The notes beneath the pieces were generated by a model. The model had not been told where the DNA came from and made no database searches. It saw nothing but the letters and a program-made list of their open reading frames with translations. This document shows, in pieces, positions 19,416-29,118 of a DNA stretch of 64,000 nucleotides. Made by a program: the position numbers and the translations under genes. Each line of letters starts with the position of its first letter. Position 1 is the first letter of the stretch. The DNA is taken from the UHGV virus genome UHGV-0072281; one strand, written 5' to 3'. This DNA comes from a virus.

Positions 19416-19462
19416 GTACCCTACTCCTTATCGGGAGTAGGGTAGCTTTTATTTTTTCTTAG
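19416..19462. terminator. bidirectional intrinsic terminator; copy 2 of duplicated 47-bp module
   Basis: Hairpin taccctactcc-ttatcg-ggagtagggta then gcttttattttttc; stem and flank identical to 14051-14096, loop differs. Confidence 0.8.
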
Positions 19463-22413
19463 TCTGCGCTGGTATCGTGACGGTTGTAAGCGATAACAAT
19501 ATCGTCTTTCAGACCGATGTCACCACTGGCTTCAATATCCAGTTTCTTACCAATCGTTGCACGTGCAGCTTCGGATACTACAGTAAACAGACGCATGTCT
19601 TTGTCTGGCCCCATCGCATCCAACTCAACGCCGATAATCGACGTGTCAAGCGTTTCGCTGAGCTTATTACCAATCTCTGTTGCCGAGATAGTAAGATGTG
19701 AACCCAAGTAGTCGTTGATAACTTGAGACGTTTTCTTACGGATCTGCGTTAACAGATCGCTGTTGCTACGGTTAGCCGCAGTCAGGTAATAACGAACGGT
19801 AAACTGGTTTTCAGCTGGTATCGGCGTAACCACCCCGTCTTCGGTACGTGCATCGATATAACCCATCGTGGTGATAGGAACGAAATACCCTTCCGTACGC
19901 TCTAACAACATCGGTTTTAACGTCGGTAGAACCACGGTCACGTAGTTAACGATATTCTCAATAACTGCGTTCAGATAGGATTTCGCAGACGCTGTGGTAG
20001 CGAATTTATAACGTGCGTCGAAGACCGCCATTTCACTACGGAACTTAATAGAACGAGATTTCGCAATCTTAGGATTACCGTACTCGTCTTTTACTAAGTC
20101 CCCTTCGTGGTGTAGGATAATCTGCTGGCCGGTTTCGTCAAGCTTAGGATCGCCTTTACGGTGTTCGTAAGTGATTTGTAGCGGTGGTGTACGGCCTGCG
20201 TCGTACGTGTAAACCGGAACCCCATTCTCATCACGTTTCACCACGTCAATTTCCCACGTCGCTAACACGTCTTTGTCGTAATACTCGTAGTTGATGCTGT
20301 CAGTAACAGCACGAGCTTTACGCCAATAGTACGTCATCGCTTTACCCAGTTCGATTTTGAATATCTCGTGAGTAATACCGATAGCGTCGCGAGAAGGCGG
20401 TATGATTAACGCATCCATCTCTACACGTTCGTAGTTCCCAGGGTAATAACCTGTACAACCGTAGAACAGGTTAAAATCTGTCAGCAGTGCGACAGGGGTT
20501 TCCGTTGGGTTACTTCCGTTAATACGGGTGTTGGTCAGTACCAGTTCGTCGTTACGGTCAACGTCCAGGTTAGTTTCCAGCAAGAACTCCCAAACACGTT
20601 CACTGCCCTGCTTACCGACTAACGTACCGTTAATGTACGCCAAGGTGTTATCGGAATTACGAGGACGGAAAGACAGTTGTGCAAAGACTTGGTCATCAGC
20701 CAGTGCCTGGTAAGGTGCTTCTGATTTCGTAACCGTACGCAGCACATAACCCGCTTCCGTTTTCTCGATAGTGTAGTCAGCAGTAACGACACTGAGCTCC
20801 GTCGAGACGTTGGTCGCAATAAAGCGTTTGGAGTTTAATACCGGTTTATCCAACTGGTAAATACGTACGTCAATCGCTTTGTTGTTAATGTCAACAACGT
20901 AATGGAACGGTGTAAACAAATAACGGTTAGTGTTTGCTGCGTTAATCAGGTCTTCCTTACGCATGGTCTTCGCTAACACCGTCATTTCGGCATCTACAGT
21001 TAGACTGGTATCCGTAAAGCGATACAGCGTGTCAGGAAGAATGGTCAGGCGATTACCGTTGACTTTCACCGTCGGGAGATTAACCAGCTCGTTCCAGGAG
21101 AAATAGAACGGGGCAGTAATCGTTCCTATCGGTGAACTGACGTTAGCAATCGTCGATTCCAACATCGGTGCGGTCATGAAGTACGTACGACTGGTCACGT
21201 AGTCGTTAGGTTTAGACAACATGAGACCGTAATCAGAAACCGTAGCCTCAAGCTGCTTTTCTGTCACGGGCAGTTTACGTGCACCTACGGCGTTGTTAAC
21301 AACGCGAGTACGTAAATCACTGAACGAAAGCTGACTACGACCACCCGATAGCATCTTCCCAGCTTTTGCTGCAAGCTGTTTAATAGAGAACGCTTTAATC
21401 GGGTTGATATAGTTCGCGTCGTATTCTTCGTTTAAATCGCGTAGGCTGAAACTATACTCGTCGGACGGATACGCAGAGATGTCCAATTCCAACGGCCCTA
21501 AGGTCGTAAAGACGTCCATCCTGATAGTCCCACTGACGAGATTCTTCGCCATGTAAATAGATGGAATCGTACAACGGATGTTGCCGTTACCCACCTGAAT
21601 CAATGCTGTTGGTGTGTTCGGGTCGTAAACATCACGACTGTGGGTGTGTTGAATCTCTACCCACTTGTTGCTGCCCGTTGCCTTCATCCAAACACGAACA
21701 TAGAAGAACTTGTTAGTGTAACTACGCGTCATGACAAACGTGTTGCTACCTTCGACGGTGTTACTTTCTTCTTTTACCGCATACTGCATCACCGGAATAT
21801 GGATAGCCAGTAGCTGTGAAGATGTTGTGTTAGCGGACGTTAGTTCCCATTCCAGTGCGTTCGTGGAAACTGGTGAAATCGGTGATTGTGTTTCAGTAAT
21901 CCACAGTACCTGGAAAGCCGGGTTCTCGTTCGTTCCGTACGGGAGTACACGGATTTCGATTGGATATTGAATAGCAAACGTGTAACCAGAAACCGTAAAG
22001 ACCGTGTCACGTGGGATAACGACTTTACGAACCCCCGCGATTTGCAACGGATACGCTTTCGAGATTAAGCTGTCAACGTCAATTAACAGTAACAGTTCTG
22101 TAGTAGCAGGCTGCGCAAAGACGTCAACGTAATCCACGTCTGACATGTGTCGGAACAGGTCATCGTAAGTCTGCGCCATTGACGGGAACGTTTTAGGAAT
22201 AGATTCCTGGAGTCCCATCAATGTAGCGTGCCCCATCATTGTTCCCATTTCTGCCAAATAAACGACAGGGTCGGTAGGGTCACGGAGATAAATCTGACCA
22301 TCGGCATCTTCAACATCTTGAAGCTGGTTTAGCAGCATTGTCTGCATCGCCGCAGGGTTGTGTGCGAACAGCAGAAGTTTCTTTGCCAAAGTATCGTAAG
22401 TTGTTGAACTCAT
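19459..22413 (-). CDS. hypothetical large protein (possibly virion structural)
   Basis: 984-aa ORF; TGATG-type junction with upstream minus-strand gene. Confidence 0.8.
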   Translation of the reverse strand: MSSTTYDTLAKKLLLFAHNPAAMQTMLLNQLQDVEDADGQIYLRDPTDPVVYLAEMGTMMGHATLMGLQESIPKTFPSMAQTYDDLFRHMSDVDYVDVFAQPATTELLLLIDVDSLISKAYPLQIAGVRKVVIPRDTVFTVSGYTFAIQYPIEIRVLPYGTNENPAFQVLWITETQSPISPVSTNALEWELTSANTTSSQLLAIHIPVMQYAVKEESNTVEGSNTFVMTRSYTNKFFYVRVWMKATGSNKWVEIQHTHSRDVYDPNTPTALIQVGNGNIRCTIPSIYMAKNLVSGTIRMDVFTTLGPLELDISAYPSDEYSFSLRDLNEEYDANYINPIKAFSIKQLAAKAGKMLSGGRSQLSFSDLRTRVVNNAVGARKLPVTEKQLEATVSDYGLMLSKPNDYVTSRTYFMTAPMLESTIANVSSPIGTITAPFYFSWNELVNLPTVKVNGNRLTILPDTLYRFTDTSLTVDAEMTVLAKTMRKEDLINAANTNRYLFTPFHYVVDINNKAIDVRIYQLDKPVLNSKRFIATNVSTELSVVTADYTIEKTEAGYVLRTVTKSEAPYQALADDQVFAQLSFRPRNSDNTLAYINGTLVGKQGSERVWEFLLETNLDVDRNDELVLTNTRINGSNPTETPVALLTDFNLFYGCTGYYPGNYERVEMDALIIPPSRDAIGITHEIFKIELGKAMTYYWRKARAVTDSINYEYYDKDVLATWEIDVVKRDENGVPVYTYDAGRTPPLQITYEHRKGDPKLDETGQQIILHHEGDLVKDEYGNPKIAKSRSIKFRSEMAVFDARYKFATTASAKSYLNAVIENIVNYVTVVLPTLKPMLLERTEGYFVPITTMGYIDARTEDGVVTPIPAENQFTVRYYLTAANRSNSDLLTQIRKKTSQVINDYLGSHLTISATEIGNKLSETLDTSIIGVELDAMGPDKDMRLFTVVSEAARATIGKKLDIEASGDIGLKDDIVIAYNRHDTSAD

Positions 22414-23717
22414 CAGTTAGTACCTGCCTCTGTAACAAGACCATTGACACTGTCAAGTAATCCTGCTTTCTTGAGAATATATTGATAGTCTGCTTGGTAG
22501 ACATACCAGGTAAGCTTGCGCCGTACGGAATCGATATGTGGATAACCGTAATAGTTAAATAAAGGCAATAACTGTGGCGCGATAGGAACAAGTTGGTTGC
22601 TGGCCATCGGGATAAAATTCCCCGAAGCGACTGAGCCGGGCTGCGGGAGCATATCTGGGTTAAACATCCCAACGGTTTTATTGAACATCTCCATGTAAAG
22701 CGGATCGTTAAACCGTGCCCCGATTGCTTGCCAGTTGATGTTAATCGTCACGTCGTCGTTTAACTGCGGTTTTGAGTTATCGACGTTCGCCATTTGACCC
22801 GCGTTATCGTTCATCGGCCAGGCTACACAAATTGTCCAGAAACGGGTAATGTTCCCTAACGCATCGTAACGTAGACCGTAGATACGTGACTGGTAATCAA
22901 TGCGTCGTTGGATGGAGTTGCGCATCTTCGGACGGAACTTACCCATCTTAACACCCGCCATATACTCCAACCACACGCCCATCATTCTCATTAATGGGTC
23001 ACCGTAGGGGTTGTTTAGGGACATTGACACAGAGAACGCGTTGTTGATTTCGTGCGTAGAATCAACCATACCCCATTGTTCACGCATCAAACCTTCACTG
23101 GCCATCCAGTTATCGACGGACTGATCGGGTGTTCCGCTTAAACTGATCAGCTGCGTACTGAGTATTGGTATGAACGCTTGTAGATTATCGAATCTTACCT
23201 GCGGCATAAACGGAGTACCTAAGCGGTTTCTTCGTATCCCCGTTTTGCTCTCAACAGGTGAGTCCGAAAACCCTAATTCGAAATCAGGGTCGAGAGCAGC
23301 AAGTATCGAATAATCTAAAGAGTCCTTCGGCTGCAATGCCATGTTTGACATTTTACGCGACTTGGCAATGTTGTCGTAGCACAGGTTGAAATCGGGCCGG
23401 GTAATAAATGTTAGACCACCGTATTCTCGGTTGATTGGCGTGGGGTTAGACGCCATCATATGGTTGAACCCCATGTAGGGGTTGGTCAAACGCTGCGCAG
23501 CAAGACCCAAACCTACAGTAAGGCGGATACGATCGTTCCATGCCGTAAGTTCGGTGTTTGCATCGTAAGGTGTTGCCGGATTGTTGTTGCTGAGTCGGTT
23601 ATTAAAATACCCGGCAACAGAAGGCACCGCATCTGCGTTATTCGGATTGTGGAGAGAATCGTCGTAATCAGTATTCGGGTCATACCCCGGATCGTTCTTA
23701 TCTGTCTCGTCACTCAT
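22413..23717 (-). CDS. hypothetical protein (Asn/Pro/Asp-rich N-terminus)
   Basis: 434-aa ORF; GGAG SD within palindrome AACTCCGGAGTT. Confidence 0.8.
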   Translation of the reverse strand: MSDETDKNDPGYDPNTDYDDSLHNPNNADAVPSVAGYFNNRLSNNNPATPYDANTELTAWNDRIRLTVGLGLAAQRLTNPYMGFNHMMASNPTPINREYGGLTFITRPDFNLCYDNIAKSRKMSNMALQPKDSLDYSILAALDPDFELGFSDSPVESKTGIRRNRLGTPFMPQVRFDNLQAFIPILSTQLISLSGTPDQSVDNWMASEGLMREQWGMVDSTHEINNAFSVSMSLNNPYGDPLMRMMGVWLEYMAGVKMGKFRPKMRNSIQRRIDYQSRIYGLRYDALGNITRFWTICVAWPMNDNAGQMANVDNSKPQLNDDVTININWQAIGARFNDPLYMEMFNKTVGMFNPDMLPQPGSVASGNFIPMASNQLVPIAPQLLPLFNYYGYPHIDSVRRKLTWYVYQADYQYILKKAGLLDSVNGLVTEAGTN

Positions 23718-23743
23718 CTTTAACTCCGGAGTTCATTAGGAAA

Positions 23744-24850
23744 ATGTTAGAAAAAACGTTTGAGACAAGCGTTGTCTCTTTCCTCTCCAGACTTCCCATG
23801 CTGTTTCGTTCGCGTGCGGAGTCGACGGAGGAATTTAACTCAGTGCTCTATAACGAGCACATTACCTTAGTCGAACAAAGCCTGCTGGGTTTAGATTACC
23901 TTCCGGGAATTCTGGAGAAAATCCAAGTTTTGCTGGCAGGAAACCAACTTACTGCAATCTCCCTGTTAACGGGTGTGCCTGATGTTGATATTATCGGTAC
24001 GCTGGATCAAGTAAGTACCCGTCGTAGCGCACTCGATAACGCAGTGCGTAGCGGCTCACGCTTAGCAGCACTGGCAGTCGGCGAATCTTCCCGCCTAGGA
24101 TTACCATCATACGATAAAATCGGCATTGCTGTGGGTGAATCCACCCGCCGTGTCGCACAGGAATCCAAAGGTTCCGTTACTGGTGGTAAAGCAGACCCGA
24201 TTAAACAACTGTTCGATCAGGAAGGACTGTCTAACGGGAAAATGTTCTCTGTAACGTTTGAACGTGACGGTAATAAAGTCGAACTTCCAATGCGTTTACG
24301 TTTGGACGTTAAGTCTCTTCCGACCGACCAGATTGAAACACTGATTGCATTCAGCGACCAGACGAAAACGTTCTGGGAACGTTGGCTACGAGCGCGTGTA
24401 GGTGCACTGAGCTATGTTAAAGACATTGCGTTCTGCAACGACCTGGTAGAAGAATACCGTAAGAACCGTTATCGCGATAAGTCAGGTTACTATCGTAAGA
24501 TGATGGAGAAGAAAAACGGCAACTGGCTGTCTGGCTTGCTGACGCTGGCACCGTCTATTAATAACGCTTCTTCTGTTATGGTGGTTTCTCAAGACACTAT
24601 CGACGGTCTGACCGCCCAGCTAGGCGGTGAGTTTGACGATTTCAATATTCGTCAGCGTGTCTTTAAAGACACCTTAACCGTCTATTACGTGGTAGTGGAC
24701 ACTGCGTGGAACCGCGTTACTATTTATACTCGCGGTCAGAACGGTTCTCAGGAACTTGATAAATCCGATTTCAGCAAAGCGAAGTCCGGTAGCGCCGATG
24801 TGAACAAAATCATTGAAGCGTATCGCTCTGGCGCACAGCCAGTTCTTTAA
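23744..24850 (+). CDS. hypothetical protein
   Basis: 368 aa; AGGAAAA SD. Confidence 0.8.
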   Translation: MLEKTFETSVVSFLSRLPMLFRSRAESTEEFNSVLYNEHITLVEQSLLGLDYLPGILEKIQVLLAGNQLTAISLLTGVPDVDIIGTLDQVSTRRSALDNAVRSGSRLAALAVGESSRLGLPSYDKIGIAVGESTRRVAQESKGSVTGGKADPIKQLFDQEGLSNGKMFSVTFERDGNKVELPMRLRLDVKSLPTDQIETLIAFSDQTKTFWERWLRARVGALSYVKDIAFCNDLVEEYRKNRYRDKSGYYRKMMEKKNGNWLSGLLTLAPSINNASSVMVVSQDTIDGLTAQLGGEFDDFNIRQRVFKDTLTVYYVVVDTAWNRVTIYTRGQNGSQELDKSDFSKAKSGSADVNKIIEAYRSGAQPVL

Positions 24851-24860
24851 GGGGTAAGGC

Positions 24861-25796
24861 ATGGCATTCCCGAATATGCTCGCTATGTTGTTGCCGAGCT
24901 TTGAAGCAACAAACTTGAAAAATCAGCTTTCGTCCAACTGCGATGCAATTGGCGAACAACTTTTACCACGTTTCCAGTCTTTACAAGAACTGGTAGCGTC
25001 GAAAGAAGGCAAACCGTTTAAATCGAAAACGGTACAAGAAATATCCGATGAGGTGGTTAACTACCTGCGGACTTCCGGTCTGGAAGCCAAAGGTCTCCGC
25101 AATCCATCGATGTTAGAGTACATCGTTTCCTCGATGGAAAACGTGTTGCAGTTGCGTTCTTTCTTAGACCAATGTATTGCGCGTGACATTGGTAAATCGT
25201 TAGTCACGTCTTCAATGACGTTTAATAAATTAACGGTGCTCAGACTGCTTGACCTGATTGATTTCTTCACAGGTTACAGCGCTACTTTACTTAACTACGT
25301 TACCGCAGAAGAGATTGCCGCTGTCGAAGGCTCGAATATTGAAGTGAAGGGCATCGGTCCGAATGACCTTCAATACCTCAATACTCGTTCGGTCTCTTAC
25401 TGCATCGCCATCCGTGTTTTGGCAACGCCGGTAAATAAACTGAAAGCGGATTATGCCGAAATCCCAGAAGCGATTTTCAATGACGAAACTTACGGTGAGT
25501 TGGTTCAGCAGTTCGGTTCGGGCTCGACTGACCCGCTGGGAATGAGCAGTGTACCGTTCCCGATCTCACTGGTACTTCGCGTTCGTTTGAATATTGCTGA
25601 AAGGCAGATGGATAAATACGACGAGTGCGTAGAAGCAGCGAAAGCTGCGGAGTTGCGTATCCTGCTTTACAAAAAGCAAGTAGCGGAAGGTAAGGGAGAT
25701 GCGCACATCGAAAAACTCATCGAGCTAAGTGAAAAGCATCTGTTGGAACTCAAGCATAAGCGTGAGCGTCTTGAGAAGAAATACGGTTTAGTGTAA
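24861..25796 (+). CDS. hypothetical protein
   Basis: 311 aa; AAGGGG SD. Confidence 0.8.
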   Translation: MAFPNMLAMLLPSFEATNLKNQLSSNCDAIGEQLLPRFQSLQELVASKEGKPFKSKTVQEISDEVVNYLRTSGLEAKGLRNPSMLEYIVSSMENVLQLRSFLDQCIARDIGKSLVTSSMTFNKLTVLRLLDLIDFFTGYSATLLNYVTAEEIAAVEGSNIEVKGIGPNDLQYLNTRSVSYCIAIRVLATPVNKLKADYAEIPEAIFNDETYGELVQQFGSGSTDPLGMSSVPFPISLVLRVRLNIAERQMDKYDECVEAAKAAELRILLYKKQVAEGKGDAHIEKLIELSEKHLLELKHKRERLEKKYGLV

Positions 25797-25813
25797 ACCG
25801 TTAGGAGAGCCTC

Positions 25814-26374
25814 ATGTTTGAGCACGATAGTCCCGATTTTAATGTGGCTGTAGAGCGCATTAAAACCTATATGTCGATTTTATCAAAAAACCCAATCGAC
25901 ACACACGATGACGAGCTTATTCACAAAACGCTGGAAGCGTGTGCGGTTGTATTACCGTACTTTCGTCTGTTAGCTGCTGACTCTGTGCAGCAGGTATTAT
26001 ATGACGAATATCCGCAGGTCGGATTTACCTTTAATACGTTTTATAACGAAAGCGTAGCCTTCCTGCTTGATGGTAAACGACGCACCGTGACGTTAGGACA
26101 GTGGTCCGTATTGCTGTCGTCGTACATGAATGATGTTCGCAATACGAAGAACGTTGAACAGACGGGCTCATTGGGTGGACGTCTTCTTGCTGCTGCGTTT
26201 GGTCGCCGGGGTACTGTACGTAATATGGGTTCCGCTCACCAGTCTGTTGAGTGTAGCAAACGTCTTTTATCTTATGCAGACCATGAACTGCTGGCACGCT
26301 GGATGACACGCCCGAACGGGTTGTCCGACATGATCTCGTCGTTAGCAGTGTTTTTGAAAATCGCACGTCCCTAA
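25814..26374 (+). CDS. hypothetical protein
   Basis: 186 aa; AGGAGAG SD. Confidence 0.75.
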   Translation: MFEHDSPDFNVAVERIKTYMSILSKNPIDTHDDELIHKTLEACAVVLPYFRLLAADSVQQVLYDEYPQVGFTFNTFYNESVAFLLDGKRRTVTLGQWSVLLSSYMNDVRNTKNVEQTGSLGGRLLAAAFGRRGTVRNMGSAHQSVECSKRLLSYADHELLARWMTRPNGLSDMISSLAVFLKIARP

Positions 26375-26433
26375 GGGGGCCCCTCATTCTAGGGGCGTGT
26401 AATTGGGTTATATAACCAAAGGAAATAAACGAA

Positions 26434-27705
26434 ATGGCAAATTTCGCAAAAACTCGCGCCGCTCGTGAATCGATGGAAGCGGCCGATGAAGTAATCGACG
26501 GTATCAGCAACGTTGAACCGGCAGAAGAGAACCTGGACGTCCAGCTTGCAGACGTAGCCTCTATCGACGGTCAGCTCGAACAGCTGGAAACCGACGGTGA
26601 AACCCTGGCTGCCGATACTGAGCGTACTGAAGACGCTATCGATCAGGCGGAAGAAGCCGTTGCTAACGGTGAAGAAATGCCGGAAGAAGCGGTTGCCCTG
26701 CAAGAAGTGGCTCAGGAATCCATCTCACGTCGTTGGAACCTGGAACGCACCAAACTGGCTCGCGAATCCTATCGCCGTGGCCGTGGCATGACTGCTGCTG
26801 CGCAGGAAGGCTGGAAAGAAACCCTGAAAGGTCTTTACGAGCGTTTCATTCAGTTCTGTAAAGAAGTGATTGCGAAGATCAAAGACCTGAAACTGAAATA
26901 TTTCAACGTCGGTAAGACCGCACAGAAACGTGCGAAGAAATATCAGGAAATGCTGCGCAAGCTGGGCAAACAGAAAAATGATACCATCTCCGGTGGCTTC
27001 ATTACTAAGCTGTCCATTGAAGGTAAATTCGATGCAGCTGGTTCTATCGCTATCGCGAAAGAAGTAACCTCTGGTAAAGCTAAAGGTGCTATTAGCGCAC
27101 TGGAAAAACAAGCTGGTGAAGCTGTTACTGCTGTAACCAAAGGTGACGATGAAGCATTCAAAGCAATGCGTGGCGATCAGCCGGTAGAACTGTTCGGTAA
27201 AGCAGCGTCTAAACTGCATAACCTGCCGAACTTTGAAAACGGCGATGCGTCTAAACTGCTGGCTCTGCCGGGTAACGCATACGTTCAGTCCGGTACTAAA
27301 GAACTGGCTGGCGGTCACAAATTTACCGCTGTTGCATTCATGAGCACTGGCGATGCCTCTGACGATAAAGACGTGAAAACTCCGTCTGTTTCTGAAATGG
27401 CTGGCGCTGCTTCTTCTCTGGAATCTATCGGTAAAGGCTTCGAAGCTGTACTGAAAGACTTCCGTGCTTACGATGCAGAGATTGCAAAACTGCAACAGGC
27501 CGCTGAGAAAGCTGCTAACGCGCTGAACAGCGAAAAAGACGAAAGCAAGTGGGATGGCCTGCGTAATGCTCGCCAAGCTGCTGACCAGTCTGTTAAGAAC
27601 TACCAGACCCTGAACCGTGCCGTTAGTTATGTTGCTAACACCGTAATTAGCGGTTTGAACGGTTACCTGGGCGCTGGTATCGGTGCTTACGAAAAATCTA
27701 AGTAA
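26434..27705 (+). CDS. abundant-looking paralogue A: acidic N-terminal propeptide-like region, coiled-coil middle, conserved C-terminal GAGIGAYEKSK
   Basis: 423 aa; AAAGGAAA SD; visibly enriched for ctg/cgt/ggt/aac/gaa codons; N-term MANFAKTRAARESMEA..; motif ALQEVAQESISRRWN. Confidence 0.9.
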   Translation: MANFAKTRAARESMEAADEVIDGISNVEPAEENLDVQLADVASIDGQLEQLETDGETLAADTERTEDAIDQAEEAVANGEEMPEEAVALQEVAQESISRRWNLERTKLARESYRRGRGMTAAAQEGWKETLKGLYERFIQFCKEVIAKIKDLKLKYFNVGKTAQKRAKKYQEMLRKLGKQKNDTISGGFITKLSIEGKFDAAGSIAIAKEVTSGKAKGAISALEKQAGEAVTAVTKGDDEAFKAMRGDQPVELFGKAASKLHNLPNFENGDASKLLALPGNAYVQSGTKELAGGHKFTAVAFMSTGDASDDKDVKTPSVSEMAGAASSLESIGKGFEAVLKDFRAYDAEIAKLQQAAEKAANALNSEKDESKWDGLRNARQAADQSVKNYQTLNRAVSYVANTVISGLNGYLGAGIGAYEKSK

Positions 27706-27785
27706 TACTTAGGTTTACGGTTCCGAACAGTTCTTGAAATAAATCATCAGGGGAGCGAAACGCTCCCCTTAGAGGAAAGCTTAAA

Positions 27786-29048
27786 ATGGCGAATTTCTAC
27801 AAAAACAAAATTGCTCGTGAGTCAATGGAAGCGAACTCTACTGTCGTTCCAGATGGTATTGAGCTGCCAGCAGAGTCTATCGAAGGTACTCTGGCTGATA
27901 TCGAGCACGACACTAAACCGATCGAAGCGCTGGACGCTGACGCAGAGCTGCTGGCGGAAGACGGCGACGAAACCGATGCGCAGCTGGACGTTCTGGACGA
28001 AGCTCAGGCTTCCGCTGACGGCGAAGGTGGTGAAGATGGCGACGATCAGATGGACGCTGAAGAAGACATGCCGGACGACGCTGCTAAAGCGCTGGATGTT
28101 GCTCAGGAATCCATCCGTTCTCGCTGGAACTTCGAACACCGTTCTTCCGTTGCTCACGAATCTTACGGCGCTCGTAACCGTCGTCAGGTTGCTCGTGAAT
28201 CCCTGTGGGACGACATTAAAGCCTTCCTGAAACGTTTCTGGGAATGGCTGAAAGAGCAAGGCCGCAAACTGAAAGATCGTTGGCTGAAATTCCACAACCA
28301 GGGTAAATCTATCCAGGCTCGTGCGAAGAAATACGACGAAGCTATTCGTAAACTGGGCAAACAGAAGAAAGATGAAATCTCCGGTGGTTTCATCAAGTGC
28401 CTGTCTGTTGACGGTAAGTTCGTTGGTAACGATGTACCACGTCTGAAAGACGCGATGAGCCGTGTTTCTTCTTTCTACAGCAAACACGTTCCAACTCTGC
28501 TGGCTTCTGGTACCGCTCTGGTTGCAGACGTATCCAAAGCTAACGGTGCTCAGGCTGAGCAACTGCGTGCTGAATTTGCTGCGCTTTCTAAAGAAGATGG
28601 CGACAAAGAATTCCGCCTGGGCAACATGGTTATGCAGACCAACTTCGATGAAGATGGTGGCTTTAGCTTCACTCACGTTGAAGCAGAAAATGCTGTTGAA
28701 ACCAGCGTGAAAACTCCGTCTGTAAGCGAACTGGCTAAACTGAACGGTTTCTTCACCGATCTGGGTAAACAGATTGAGAAGAACGTTCTCGAATACCGTA
28801 AGACCGAGCAGGCTCGTGAGAAGTTCGCTCAGTCTATCGAGAAACTGCTGAAAGAAATCGATAACGTCAAGATCGATGAAAAACCAGAACTGACTGAAGG
28901 CGTACGTGTTGCACGTCGCTATGTTAACAGCATTCGCAGCGCAGTATCCCTGTGCGAGAAAGTTGTTGCTTCTGCTCAGAAAAACCTGGTTAGCGGCGTT
29001 AGCGGTTATATCAGCGCCGGTATCGCAGCGTACGAAAAGTCTAAGTAA
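27786..29048 (+). CDS. abundant-looking paralogue B of 26434-27705
   Basis: 420 aa; N-term MANFYKNKIARESMEA.., motif ALDVAQESIRSRWN, C-term SAGIAAYEKSK; same codon bias. Confidence 0.9.
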   Translation: MANFYKNKIARESMEANSTVVPDGIELPAESIEGTLADIEHDTKPIEALDADAELLAEDGDETDAQLDVLDEAQASADGEGGEDGDDQMDAEEDMPDDAAKALDVAQESIRSRWNFEHRSSVAHESYGARNRRQVARESLWDDIKAFLKRFWEWLKEQGRKLKDRWLKFHNQGKSIQARAKKYDEAIRKLGKQKKDEISGGFIKCLSVDGKFVGNDVPRLKDAMSRVSSFYSKHVPTLLASGTALVADVSKANGAQAEQLRAEFAALSKEDGDKEFRLGNMVMQTNFDEDGGFSFTHVEAENAVETSVKTPSVSELAKLNGFFTDLGKQIEKNVLEYRKTEQAREKFAQSIEKLLKEIDNVKIDEKPELTEGVRVARRYVNSIRSAVSLCEKVVASAQKNLVSGVSGYISAGIAAYEKSK

Positions 29049-29069
29049 TCGTTGATTATTTAGCGTAGA

Positions 29070-29113
29070 ATCACCCCGCGATGCGGGGTGATTTCTTTTT
29101 TCTTTTTTTTTTT
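29070..29113 (+). terminator. strong intrinsic terminator
   Basis: 10-bp stem atcaccccgc-gat-gcggggtgat followed by >20 nt T-rich run. Confidence 0.9.
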
Positions 29114-29118
29114 CGATT

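Noticed and set aside
26725-28676. Two ~283-aa minus-strand ORFs (26725-27576, 27822-28676)
   Set aside because: Both are antisense to the tandem highly expressed paralogues and have Phe/Ser/Thr-rich low-complexity translations. They are shadow ORFs, not genes.
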